From NCBI GenBank assembly GCA_964057225.1, contig OZ059896.1, positions 19,096,001-19,160,000 on the forward strand: a DNA stretch of 64,000 nt, in the 5' to 3' direction. This DNA is from Auanema rhodensis (taxonomy: Eukaryota > Animalia > Nematoda). The position numbers and the translations under genes are program-made. How positions within the stretch are numbered: the stretch's first letter is position 1; each line of letters begins with the position of its first letter. Positions 11,701 through 25,622 of this stretch are shown in pieces. The notes under the pieces are model-generated. The model saw nothing but the letters and a program-made list of their open reading frames with translations. It had not been told where the DNA came from and ran no database searches.

Positions 11701-14700
11701 TTCCATGTACACTCAACATTGCTTCCAAAAACATTTTGACAAAAATTTTTTCGAAAAATTTCAAAATAATTTAGCAAAAAGTAGATGTTTTTAGATTCCT
11801 TTTTTCAAGGCAAAGACGATGGACAATGTTATTCAACGAAAAAATTAATTCTTCAGGGTGAAAATCGAGGATATAAGTGTGAACTTATATCAGTTGATAT
11901 ATCGGTGCATTTTTAAGCTAGCGCAAATCTGATAACACAGATCGACGCAGCTTAAAAATCCGCATCGAATGCACTATACTACATTGAGAAACGCTTAATA
12001 CAAAAATTAGTTATGATCGTTTGAAAAATGATGCATTAGTGTATGTTGAGTTTCCATGTACACTCAACATTGCTTCCAAAAACATTTTGACAAAAATTTT
12101 TTCGAAAAATTTCAAAATAATTTAGCAAAAAGTAGATGTTTTTAGATTCCTTTTTTCAAGGCAAAGACGATGGACAATGTTATTCAACGAAAAAATTAAT
12201 TCTTCAGGGTGAAAATCGAGGATATAAGTGTGAACTTATATCAGTTGATATATCGGTGCATTTTTAAGCTAGCGCAAATCTGATAACACAGATCGACGCA
12301 GCTTAAAAATCCGCATCGAATGCACTATACTACATTGAGAAACGCTTAATACAAAAATTAGTTATGATCGTTTGAAAAATGATGCATTAGTGTATGTTGA
12401 GTTTCCATGTACACTCAACATTGCTTCCAAAAACATTTTGACAAAAATTTTTTCGAAAAATTTCTAAATAATTTAGCAGAAAGTAGATGTTTTTAGATTC
12501 TTTTTTTCAAGGCAAAGACGATGGACAATGTTATTCAACGAAAAAATTAATTCTTCAGGGTGAAAATCGAGGATATAAGTGTGAACTTATATCAGTTGAT
12601 ATCTCGGTGCATTTTTAAGCTAGCGCAAATCTGATAACACAGATCGACGCAGCTTAAAAATCCGCATCGAATGCACTATACTACATTGAGAAACGCTTAA
12701 TACAAAAATTAGTTATGATCGTTTGAAAAATGATGCATTAGTGTATGTTGAGTTTCCATGTACACTCAACATTGCTTCCAAAAACATTTTCACAAAAATT
12801 TTTTCGAAAAATTTCAAAATAATTTAGCAAAAAGTAGATGTTTTTAGATTCCATTTTTCAAGGCAAAGACGATGGACAATGTTATTCAACGAAAAAATTA
12901 ATTCTTCAGGGTGAAAATCGAGGATATAAGTGTGAACTTGTATAAGTTGATATCTCGGTGCAATTTTAAGCTAGCGCAAATCTGATAACACAGATCGACG
13001 CAGCTTAAAAATCCGCATCGAATGCACTATACTACATTGAGAAACGCTTAATACAAAAATTAGTTATGATCGTTTGAAAAATGATGCATTAGTGTATGTT
13101 GAGTTTCCATGTACACTCAACATTGCTTCCAAAAACATTTTGACAAAAATTTTTTCGAAAAATTTCAAAATAATTTAGCAAAAAGTAGATGTTTTTAGAT
13201 TCCTTTTTTCAAGGCAAAGACGATGGACAATGTTATTCAACGAAAAAATTAATTCTTCAGGGTGAAAATCGAGAATATAAGTGTGAACTTATATCAGTTG
13301 ATATCTCGGTGCATTTTTAAGCTAGCGCAAATCTGATAACACAGATCGACGCAGCTTAAAAATCCGCATCGAATGCACTATACTACATTGAGAAACGCTT
13401 AATACAAAAATTAGTTATGATCGTTTGAAAAATGATGCATTAGTGTATGTTGAGTTTCCATGTACACTCAACATAGCTTCCAAAAACATTTTGACAAAAA
13501 TTTTTTCGAAAAATTTCAAAATAATTTAGCAAAAAGTAGATGTTTTTAGATTCCTTTTTTCAAGGCAAAGACGATGGACATTGTTATTCAACGAAAAAAT
13601 TAATTCTTCAGGGTGAAAATCGAGGATATAAGTGTGAACTTATATCAGTTGATATCTCGATGCATTTTTAAGCTAGCGCAAATCAGATAACACAGATCGA
13701 CGCAGCTTAAAAATCCGCATCGAATGCACTATACTACATTGAGAAACGCTTAATACAAAAATTAGTTATGATCGTTTGAAAAATGATGCATTAGTGTATG
13801 TTGAGTTTCCATGTACACTCAACATAGCTTCCAAAAACATTTTGACAAAAATTTTTTCGAAAAATTTCAAAATAATTTAGCAAAAAGTAGATGTTTTTAG
13901 ATTCCTTTTTTCAAGGCAAAGACGATGGACATTGTTATTCAACGAAAAAATTAATTCTTCAGGGTGAAAATCGAGGATATAAGTGTGAACTTATATCAGT
14001 TGATATCTCGGTGCATTTTTAAGCTAGCGCAAATCTGATAACACAGATCGACGCAGCTTAAAAATCCGCATCGAATGCACTATACTACATTGAGAAACGC
14101 TTAATACAAAAATTAGTTATGATCGTTTGAAAAATGATGCATTAGTGTATGTTGAGTTTCCATGTACACTCAACATTGCTTCCAAAAACATTTTCACAAA
14201 AATTTTTTCGAAAAATTTCAAAATAATTTAGCAAAAAGTAGATGTTTTTAGATTCCATTTTTCAAGGCAAAGACGATGGACAATGTTATTCAACGAAAAA
14301 ATTAATTCTTCAGGGTGAAAATCGAGGATATAAGTGTGAACTTATATCAGTTGATATCTCGGTGCATTTTTAAGCTAGCGCAAATCTGATAACACAGATC
14401 GACGCAGCTTAAAAATCCGCATCGAATGCACTATACTACATTGAGAAACGCTTAATACAAAAATTAGTTATGATCGTTTGAAAAATGATGCATTAGTGTA
14501 TGTTGAGTTTCCATGTACACTCAACATAGCTTCCAAAAACATTTTGACAAAAATTTTTTCGAAAAATTTCAAAATAATTTAGCAAAAAGTAGATGTTTTT
14601 AGATTCCTTTTTTCAAGGCAAAGACGATGGACATTGTTATTCAACGAAAAAATTAATTCTTCAGGGTGAAAATCGAGGATATAAGTGTGAACTTATATCA

Positions 14701-17198
14701 GTTGATATCTCGGTGCATTTTTAAGCTAGCGCAAATCTGATAACACAGATCGACGCAGCTTAAAAATCCGCATCGAATGCACTATACTACATTGAGAAAC
14801 GCTTAATACAAAAATTAGTTATGATCGTTTGAAAAATGATGCATTAGTGTATGTTGAGTTTCCATGTACACTCAACATTGCTTCCAAAAACATTTTCACA
14901 AAAATTTTTTCGAAAAATTTCAAAATAATTTAGCAAAAAGTAGATGTTTTTAGATTCCATTTTTCAAGGCAAAGACGATGGACAATGTTATTCAACGAAA
15001 AAATTAATTCTTTAGGGTGAAAATCGAGGATATAAGTGTGAACTTGTATAAGTTGATATCTCGGTGCATTTTTAAGCTAGCGCAAATCTGATAACACAGA
15101 TCGACGCAGCTTAAAAATCCGCATCGAATGCACTATACTACATTGAGAAACGCTTAATACAAAAATTAGTTATGATCGTTTGAAAAATGATGCATTAGTG
15201 TATGTTGAGTTTCCATGTACACTCAACATTGCTTCCAAAAACATTTTGACAAAAATTTTTTCGAAAAATTTCAAAATAATTTAGCAAAAAGTAGATGTTT
15301 TTAGATTCCTTTTTTCAAGGCAAAGACGATGGACATTGTTATTCAACGAAAAAATTAATTCTTCAGGGTGAAAATCGAGGATATAAGTGTGAACTTATAT
15401 CAGTTGATATCTCGGTGCATTTTTAAGCTAGCGCAAATCTGATAACACAGATCGACGCAGCTTAAAAATCCGCATCGAATGCACTATACTACATTGAGAA
15501 ACGCTTAATACAAAAATTAGTTATGATCGTTTGAAAAATGATGCATTAGTGTATGTTGAGTTTCCATGTACACTCAACATTGCTTCCAAAAACATTTTCA
15601 CAAAAATTTTTTCGAAAAATTTCAAAATAATTTAGCAAAAAGTAGATGTTTTTAGATTCCATTTTTCAAGGCAAAGACGATGGACAATGTTATTCAACGA
15701 AAAAATTAATTCTTTAGGGTGAAAATCGAGGATATAAGTGTGAACTTGTATAAGTTGATATCTCGGTGCATTTTTAAGCTAGCGCAAATCTGATAACACA
15801 GATCGACGCAGCTTAAAAATCCGCATCGAATGCACTATACTACATTGAGAAACGCTTAATACAAAAATTAGTTATGATCGTTTGAAAAATGATGCATTAG
15901 TGTATGTTGAGTTTCCATGTACACTCAACATTGCTTCCAAAAACATTTTCACAAAAATTTTTTCGAAAAATTTCAAAATAATTTAGCAAAAAGTAGATGT
16001 TTTTAGATTCCATTTTTCAAGGCAAAGACGATGGACAATGTTATTCAACGAAAAAATTAATTCTTTAGGGTGAAAATCGAGGATATAAGTGTGAACTTGT
16101 ATAAGTTGATATCTCGGTGCATTTTTAAGCTAGCGCAAATCTGATAACACAGATCGACGCAGCTTAAAAATCCGCATCGAATGCACTATACTACATTGAG
16201 AAACGCTTAATACAAAAATTAGTTATGATCGTTTGAAAAATGATGCATTAGTGTATGTTGAGTTTCCATGTACACTCAACATTGCTTCCAAAAACATTTT
16301 GACAAAAATTTTTTCGAAAAATTTCAAAATAATTTAGCAAAAAGTAGATGTTTTTAGATTCCTTTTTTCAAGGCAAAGACGATGGACATTGTTATTCAAC
16401 GAAAAAATTAATTCTTCAGGGTGAAAATCGAGGATATAAGTGTGAACTTATATCAGTTGATATCTCGGTGCATTTTTAAGCTAGCGCAAATCTGATAACA
16501 CAGATCGACGCAGCTTAAAAATCCGCATCGAATGCACTATACTACATTGAGAAACGCTTAATACAAAAATTAGTTATGATCGTTTGAAAAATGATGCATT
16601 AGTGTATGTTGAGTTTCCATGTACACTCAACATAGCTTCCAAAAACATTTTGACAAAAATTTTTTCGAAAAATTTCAAAATAATTTAGCAAAAAGTAGAT
16701 GTTTTTAGATTCCTTTTTTCAAGGCAAAGACGATGGACATTGTTATTCAACGAAAAAATTAATTCTTCAGGGTGAAAATCGAGGATATAAGTGTGAACTT
16801 GTATAAGTTGATATCTCGGTGCATTTTTAAGCTAGCGCAAATCTGATAACACAGATCGACGCAGCTTAAAAATCCGCATCGAATGCACTATACTACATTG
16901 AGAAACGCTTAATACAAAAATTAGTTATGATCGTTTGAAAAATGATGCATTAGTGTATGTTGAGTTTCCATGTACACTCAACATTGCTTCCAAAAACATT
17001 TTCACAAAAATTTTTTCGAAAAATTTCAAAATAATTTAGCAAAAAGTAGATGTTTTTAGATTCCATTTTTCAAGGCAAAGACGATGGACAATGTTATTCA
17101 ACGAAAAAATTAATTCTTTAGGGTGAAAATCGAGGATATAAGTGTGAACTTGTATAAGTTGATATCTCGGTGCATTTTTAAGCTAGCGCAAATCTGAT

Positions 17199-20100
17199 AA
17201 CACAGATCGACGCAGCTTAAAAATCCGCATCGAATGCACTATACTACATTGAGAAACGCTTAATACAAAAATTAGTTATGATCGTTTGAAAAATGATGCA
17301 TTAGTGTATGTTGAGTTTCCATGTACACTCAACATTGCTTCCAAAAACATTTTGACAAAAATTTTTTCGAAAAATTTCAAAATAATTTAGCAAAAAGTAG
17401 ATGTTTTTAGATTCCTTTTTTCAAGGCAAAGACGATGGACATTGTTATTCAACGAAAAAATTAATTCTTCAGGGTGAAAATCGAGGATATAAGTGTGAAC
17501 TTATATCAGTTGATATCTCGGTGCATTTTTAAGCTAGCGCAAATCTGATAACACAGATCGACGCAGCTTAAAAATCCGCATCGAATGCACTATACTACAT
17601 TGAGAAACGCTTAATACAAAAATTAGTTATGATCGTTTGAAAAATGATGCATTAGTGTATGTTGAGTTTCCATGTACACTCAACATTGCTTCCAAAAACA
17701 TTTTCACAAAAATTTTTTCGAAAAATTTCAAAATAATTTAGCAAAAAGTAGATGTTTTTAGATTCCTTTTTTCAAGGCAAAGACGATGGACATTGTTATT
17801 CAACGAAAAAATTAATTCTTCAGGGTGAAAATCGAGGATATAAGTGTGAACTTATATCAGTTGATATCTCGGTGCATTTTTAAGCTAGCGCAAATCTGAT
17901 AACACAGATCGACGCAGCTTAAAAATCCGCATCGAATGCACTATACTACATTGAGAAACGCTTAATACAAAAATTAGTTATGATCGTTTGAAAAATGATG
18001 CATTAGTGTATGTTGAGTTTCCATGTACACTCAACATAGCTTCCAAAAACATTTTGACAAAAATTTTTTCGAAAAATTTCAAAATAATTTAGCAAAAAGT
18101 AGATGTTTTTAGATTCCTTTTTTCAAGGCAAAGACGATGGACATTGTTATTCAACGAAAAAATTAATTCTTCAGGGTGAAAATCGAGGATATAAGTGTGA
18201 ACTTATATCAGTTGATATCTCGGTGCATTTTTAAGCTAGCGCAAATCTGATAACACAGATCGACGCAGCTTAAAAATCCGCATCGAATGCACTATACTAC
18301 ATTGAGAAACGCTTAATACAAAAATTAGTTATGATCGTTTGAAAAATGATGCATTAGTGTATGTTGAGTTTCCATGTACACTCAACATTGCTTCCAAAAA
18401 CATTTTCACAAAAATTTTTTCGAAAAATTTCAAAATAATTTAGCAAAAAGTAGATGTTTTTAGATTCCATTTTTCAAGGCAAAGACGATGGACAATGTTA
18501 TTCAACGAAAAAATTAATTCTTTAGGGTGAAAATCGAGGATATAAGTGTGAACTTGTATAAGTTGATATCTCGGTGCATTTTTAAGCTAGCGCAAATCTG
18601 ATAACACAGATCGACGCAGCTTAAAAATCCGCATCGAATGCACTATACTACATTGAGAAACGCTTAATACAAAAATTAGTTATGATCGTTTGAAAAATGA
18701 TGCATTAGTGTATGTTGAGTTTCCATGTACACTCAACATTGCTTCCAAAAACATTTTGACAAAAATTTTTTCGAAAAATTTCAAAATAATTTAGCAAAAA
18801 GTAGATGTTTTTAGATTCCTTTTTTCAAGGCAAAGACGATGGACATTGTTATTCAACGAAAAAATTAATTCTTCAGGGTGAAAATCGAGGATATAAGTGT
18901 GAACTTATATCAGTTGATATCTCGGTGCATTTTTAAGCTAGCGCAAATCTGATAACACAGATCGACGCAGCTTAAAAATCCGCATCGAATGCACTATACT
19001 ACATTGAGAAACGCTTAATACAAAAATTAGTTATGATCGTTTGAAAAATGATGCATTAGTGTATGTTGAGTTTCCATGTACACTCAACATTGCTTCCAAA
19101 AACATTTTCACAAAAATTTTTTCGAAAAATTTCAAAATAATTTAGCAAAAAGTAGATGTTTTTAGATTCCATTTTTCAAGGCAAAGACGATGGACAATGT
19201 TATTCAACGAAAAAATTAATTCTTTAGGGTGAAAATCGAGGATATAAGTGTGAACTTGTATAAGTTGATATCTCGGTGCATTTTTAAGCTAGCGCAAATC
19301 TGATAACACAGATCGACGCAGCTTAAAAATCCGCATCGAATGCACTATACTACATTGAGAAACGCTTAATACAAAAATTAGTTATGATCGTTTGAAAAAT
19401 GATGCATTAGTGTATGTTGAGTTTCCATGTACACTCAACATTGCTTCCAAAAACATTTTGACAAAAATTTTTTCGAAAAATTTCAAAATAATTTAGCAAA
19501 AAGTAGATGTTTTTAGATTCCTTTTTTCAAGGCAAAGACGATGGACAATGTTATTCAACGAAAAAATTAATTCTTCAGGGTGAAAATCGAGGATATAAGT
19601 GTGAACTTATATCAGTTGATGTCTCGGTGCACTTTTAAGCTAGCGCAAATCTGATAACACAGATCGACGCAGCTTAAAAATCCGCATCAAATGCACTATA
19701 CTACATTGAGAAACGCTTAATACAAAAATTAGTTATGATCGTTTGAAAAATGATGCATTAGTGTATGTTGAGTTTCCATGTACACTCAACATTGCTTCCA
19801 AAAACATTTTGACAAAAATTTTTTCGAAAAATTTCTAAATAATTTAGCAGAAAGTAGATGTTTTTAGATTCTTTCTTTCAAGGCAAAGACGATGGACAAT
19901 GTTATTCAACGAAAAAATTAATTCTTCAGGGTGAAAATCGAGGATATAAGTGTGAACTTATATCAGTTGATATCTCGGTGCATTTTTAAGCTAGCGCAAA
20001 TCTGATAACACAGATCGACGCAGCTTAAAAATCCGCATCGAATGCACTATACTACATTGAGAAACGCTTAATACAAAAATTAGTTATGATCGTTTGAAAA

Positions 20101-23100
20101 ATGATGCATTAGTGTATGTTGAGTTTCCATGTACACTCAACATAGCTTCCAAAAACATTTTGACAAAAATTTTTTCGAAAAATTTCAAAATAATTTAGCA
20201 AAAAGTAGATGTTTTTAGATTCCATTTTTCAAGGCAAAGACGATGGACAATGTTATTCAACGAAAAAATTAATTCTTTAGGGTGAAAATCGAGGATATAA
20301 GTGTGAACTTGTATAAGTTGATATCTCGGTGCATTTTTAAGCTAGCGCAAATCTGATAACACAGATCGACGCAGCTTAAAAATCCGCATCGAATGCACTA
20401 TACTACATTGAGAAACGCTTAATACAAAAATTAGTTATGATCGTTTGAAAAATGATGCATTAGTGTATGTTGAGTTTCCATGTACACTCAACATTGCTTC
20501 CAAAAACATTTTGACAAAAATTTTTTCGAAAAATTTCAAAATAATTTAGCAAAAAGTAGATGTTTTTAGATTCCTTTTTTCAAGGCAAAGACGATGGACA
20601 TTGTTATTCAACGAAAAAATTAATTCTTCAGGGTGAAAATCGAGGATATAAGTGTGAACTTATATCAGTTGATATCTCGGTGCATTTTTAAGCTAGCGCA
20701 AATCTGATAACACAGATCGACGCAGCTTAAAAATCCGCATCGAATGCACTATACTACATTGAGAAACGCTTAATACAAAAATTAGTTATGATCGTTTGAA
20801 AAATGATGCATTAGTGTATGTTGAGTTTCCATGTACACTCAACATTGCTTCCAAAAACATTTTCACAAAAATTTTTTCGAAAAATTTCAAAATAATTTAG
20901 CAAAAAGTAGATGTTTTTAGATTCCTTTTTTCAAGGCAAAGACGATGGACATTGTTATTCAACGAAAAAATTAATTCTTCAGGGTGAAAATCGAGGATAT
21001 AAGTGTGAACTTATATCAGTTGATATCTCGGTGCATTTTTAAGCTAGCGCAAATCTGATAACACAGATCGACGCAGCTTAAAAATCCGCATCGAATGCAC
21101 TATACTACATTGAGAAACGCTTAATACAAAAATTAGTTATGATCGTTTGAAAAATGATGCATTAGTGTATGTTGAGTTTCCATGTACACTCAACATAGCT
21201 TCCAAAAACATTTTGACAAAAATTTTTTCGAAAAATTTCAAAATAATTTAGCAAAAAGTAGATGTTTTTAGATTCCTTTTTTCAAGGCAAAGACGATGGA
21301 CATTGTTATTCAACGAAAAAATTAATTCTTCAGGGTGAAAATCGAGGATATAAGTGTGAACTTATATCAGTTGATATCTCGGTGCATTTTTAAGCTAGCG
21401 CAAATCTGATAACACAGATCGACGCAGCTTAAAAATCCGCATCGAATGCACTATACTACATTGAGAAACGCTTAATACAAAAATTAGTTATGATCGTTTG
21501 AAAAATGATGCATTAGTGTATGTTGAGTTTCCATGTACACTCAACATTGCTTCCAAAAACATTTTCACAAAAATTTTTTCGAAAAATTTCAAAATAATTT
21601 AGCAAAAAGTAGATGTTTTTAGATTCCATTTTTCAAGGCAAAGACGATGGACAATGTTATTCAACGAAAAAATTAATTCTTTAGGGTGAAAATCGAGGAT
21701 ATAAGTGTGAACTTGTATAAGTTGATATCTCGGTGCATTTTTAAGCTAGCGCAAATCTGATAACACAGATCGACGCAGCTTAAAAATCCGCATCGAATGC
21801 ACTATACTACATTGAGAAACGCTTAATACAAAAATTAGTTATGATCGTTTGAAAAATGATGCATTAGTGTATGTTGAGTTTCCATGTACACTCAACATTG
21901 CTTCCAAAAACATTTTGACAAAAATTTTTTCGAAAAATTTCAAAATAATTTAGCAAAAAGTAGATGTTTTTAGATTCCTTTTTTCAAGGCAAAGACGATG
22001 GACATTGTTATTCAACGAAAAAATTAATTCTTCAGGGTGAAAATCGAGGATATAAGTGTGAACTTATATCAGTTGATATCTCGGTGCATTTTTAAGCTAG
22101 CGCAAATCTGATAACACAGATCGACGCAGCTTAAAAATCCGCATCGAATGCACTATACTACATTGAGAAACGCTTAATACAAAAATTAGTTATGATCGTT
22201 TGAAAAATGATGCATTAGTGTATGTTGAGTTTCCATGTACACTCAACATTGCTTCCAAAAACATTTTCACAAAAATTTTTTCGAAAAATTTCAAAATAAT
22301 TTAGCAAAAAGTAGATGTTTTTAGATTCCATTTTTCAAGGCAAAGACGATGGACAATGTTATTCAACGAAAAAATTAATTCTTTAGGGTGAAAATCGAGG
22401 ATATAAGTGTGAACTTGTATAAGTTGATATCTCGGTGCATTTTTAAGCTAGCGCAAATCTGATAACACAGATCGACGCAGCTTAAAAATCCGCATCGAAT
22501 GCACTATACTACATTGAGAAACGCTTAATACAAAAATTAGTTATGATCGTTTGAAAAATGATGCATTAGTGTATGTTGAGTTTCCATGTACACTCAACAT
22601 TGCTTCCAAAAACATTTTGACAAAAATTTTTTCGAAAAATTTCAAAATAATTTAGCAAAAAGTAGATGTTTTTAGATTCCTTTTTTCAAGGCAAAGACGA
22701 TGGACAATGTTATTCAACGAAAAAATTAATTCTTCAGGGTGAAAATCGAGGATATAAGTGTGAACTTATATCAGTTGATGTCTCGGTGCACTTTTAAGCT
22801 AGCGCAAATCTGATAACACAGATCGACGCAGCTTAAAAATCCGCATCAAATGCACTATACTACATTGAGAAACGCTTAATACAAAAATTAGTTATGATCG
22901 TTTGAAAAATGATGCATTAGTGTATGTTGAGTTTCCATGTACACTCAACATTGCTTCCAAAAACATTTTGACAAAAATTTTTTCGAAAAATTTCTAAATA
23001 ATTTAGCAGAAAGTAGATGTTTTTAGATTCTTTCTTTCAAGGCAAAGACGATGGACAATGTTATTCAACGAAAAAATTAATTCTTCAGGGTGAAAATCGA

Positions 23101-23516
23101 GGATATAAGTGTGAACTTATATCAGTTGATATCTCGGTGCATTTTTAAGCTAGCGCAAATCTGATAACACAGATCGACGCAGCTTAAAAATCCGCATCGA
23201 ATGCACTATACTACATTGAGAAACGCTTAATACAAAAATTAGTTATGATCGTTTGAAAAATGATGCATTAGTGTATGTTGAGTTTCCATGTACACTCAAC
23301 ATAGCTTCCAAAAACATTTTGACAAAAATTTTTTCGAAAAATTTCAAAATAATTTAGCAAAAAGTAGATGTTTTTAGATTCCATTTTTCAAGGCAAAGAC
23401 GATGGACAATGTTATTCAACGAAAAAATTAATTCTTTAGGGTGAAAATCGAGGATATAAGTGTGAACTTGTATAAGTTGATATCTCGGTGCATTTTTAAG
23501 CTAGCGCAAATCTGAT
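17199..23516. repeat. 9-monomer (3159-bp) higher-order tandem duplication
   Basis: The order of nine variant monomers in 17199-20357 is repeated in 20358-23516; the GATGTCTCGGTGCACTT marker lies at about 19620 and about 22779. A partial third copy follows at 23517-24920. Confidence 0.9.
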
Positions 23517-25622
23517 AACACAGATCGACGCAGCTTAAAAATCCGCATCGAATGCACTATACTACATTGAGAAACGCTTAATACAAAAATTAGTTATGAT
23601 CGTTTGAAAAATGATGCATTAGTGTATGTTGAGTTTCCATGTACACTCAACATTGCTTCCAAAAACATTTTGACAAAAATTTTTTCGAAAAATTTCAAAA
23701 TAATTTAGCAAAAAGTAGATGTTTTTAGATTCCTTTTTTCAAGGCAAAGACGATGGACATTGTTATTCAACGAAAAAATTAATTCTTCAGGGTGAAAATC
23801 GAGGATATAAGTGTGAACTTATATCAGTTGATATCTCGGTGCATTTTTAAGCTAGCGCAAATCTGATAACACAGATCGACGCAGCTTAAAAATCCGCATC
23901 GAATGCACTATACTACATTGAGAAACGCTTAATACAAAAATTAGTTATGATCGTTTGAAAAATGATGCATTAGTGTATGTTGAGTTTCCATGTACACTCA
24001 ACATTGCTTCCAAAAACATTTTCACAAAAATTTTTTCGAAAAATTTCAAAATAATTTAGCAAAAAGTAGATGTTTTTAGATTCCATTTTTCAAGGCAAAG
24101 ACGATGGACAATGTGATTCAACGAAAAAATTAATTCTTTAGGGTGAAAATCGAGGATATAAGTGTGAACTTGTATAAGTTGATATCTCGGTGCATTTTTA
24201 AGCTAGCGCAAATCTGATAACACAGATCGACGCAGCTTAAAAATCCGCATCGAATGCACTATACTACATTGAGAAACGCTTAATACAAAAATTAGTTATG
24301 ATCGTTTGAAAAATGATGCATTAGTGTATGTTGAGTTTCCATGTACACTCAACATTGCTTCCAAAAACATTTTGACAAAAATTTTTTCGAAAAATTTCAA
24401 AATAATTTAGCAAAAAGTAGATGTTTTTAGATTCCTTCTTTCAAGGCAAAGACGATGGACAATGTTATTCAACGAAAAAATTAATTCTTCAGGGTGAAAA
24501 TCGAGGATATAAGTGTGAACTTATATCAGTTGATGTCTCGGTGCACTTTTAAGCTAGCGCAAATCTGATAACACAGATCGACGCAGCTTAAAAATCCGCA
24601 TCAAATGCACTATACTACATTGAGAAACGCTTAATACAAAAATTAGTTATGATCGTTTGAAAAATGATGCATTAGTGTATGTTGAGTTTCCACGTACACT
24701 CAACATTGCTTCCAAAAACATTTTGACAAAAATTCTTTCGAAAAATTTCTAAATAATTTAGCAGAAAGTAGATGTTTTTAGATTCTTTCTTTCAAGGCAA
24801 AGACGATGGACAATGTTATTCAACGAAAAAATTAATTCTTCAGGGTGAAAATCGAGGATATAAGTGTGAACTTATATCAGTTGATATCTCGGTGCATTTT
24901 TAAGCTAGCGCAAATCTGATAACACAGATCGACGCAGCTTAAAAATCCGCATCGAATGCACTATACTACATTGAGAAACGCTTAATACAAAAATTAGTTA
25001 TGATCGTTTGAAAAATGATGCATTAGTGTATGTTGAGTTTCCATGTACACTCAACATAGCTTCCAAAAACATTTTGACAAAAATTTTTTCGAAAAATTTC
25101 AAAATAATTTAGCAAAAAGTAGATGTTTTTAGATTCCTTTTTTCAAGGCAAAGACGATGGACATTGTTATTCAACGAAAAAATTAATTCTTCAGGGTGAA
25201 AATCGAGGATATAAGTGTGAACTTATATCAGTTGATATCTCGGTGCATTTTTAAGCTAGCGCAAATCTGATAACACAGATCGACGCAGCTTAAAAATCCG
25301 CATCGAATGCACTATACTACATTGAGAAACGCTTAATACAAAAATTAGTTATGATCGTTTGAAAAATGATGCATTAGTGTATGTTGAGTTTCCATGTACA
25401 CTCAACATAGCTTCCAAAAACATTTTGACAAAAATTTTTTCGAAAAATTTCAAAATAATTTAGCAAAAAGTAGATGTTTTTAGATTCCTTTTTTCAAGGC
25501 AAAGACGATGGACATTGTTATTCAACGAAAAAATTAATTCTTCAGGGTGAAAATCGAGGATATAAGTGTGAACTTATATCAGTTGATATCTCGGTGCATT
25601 TTTAAGCTAGCGCAAATCTGAT

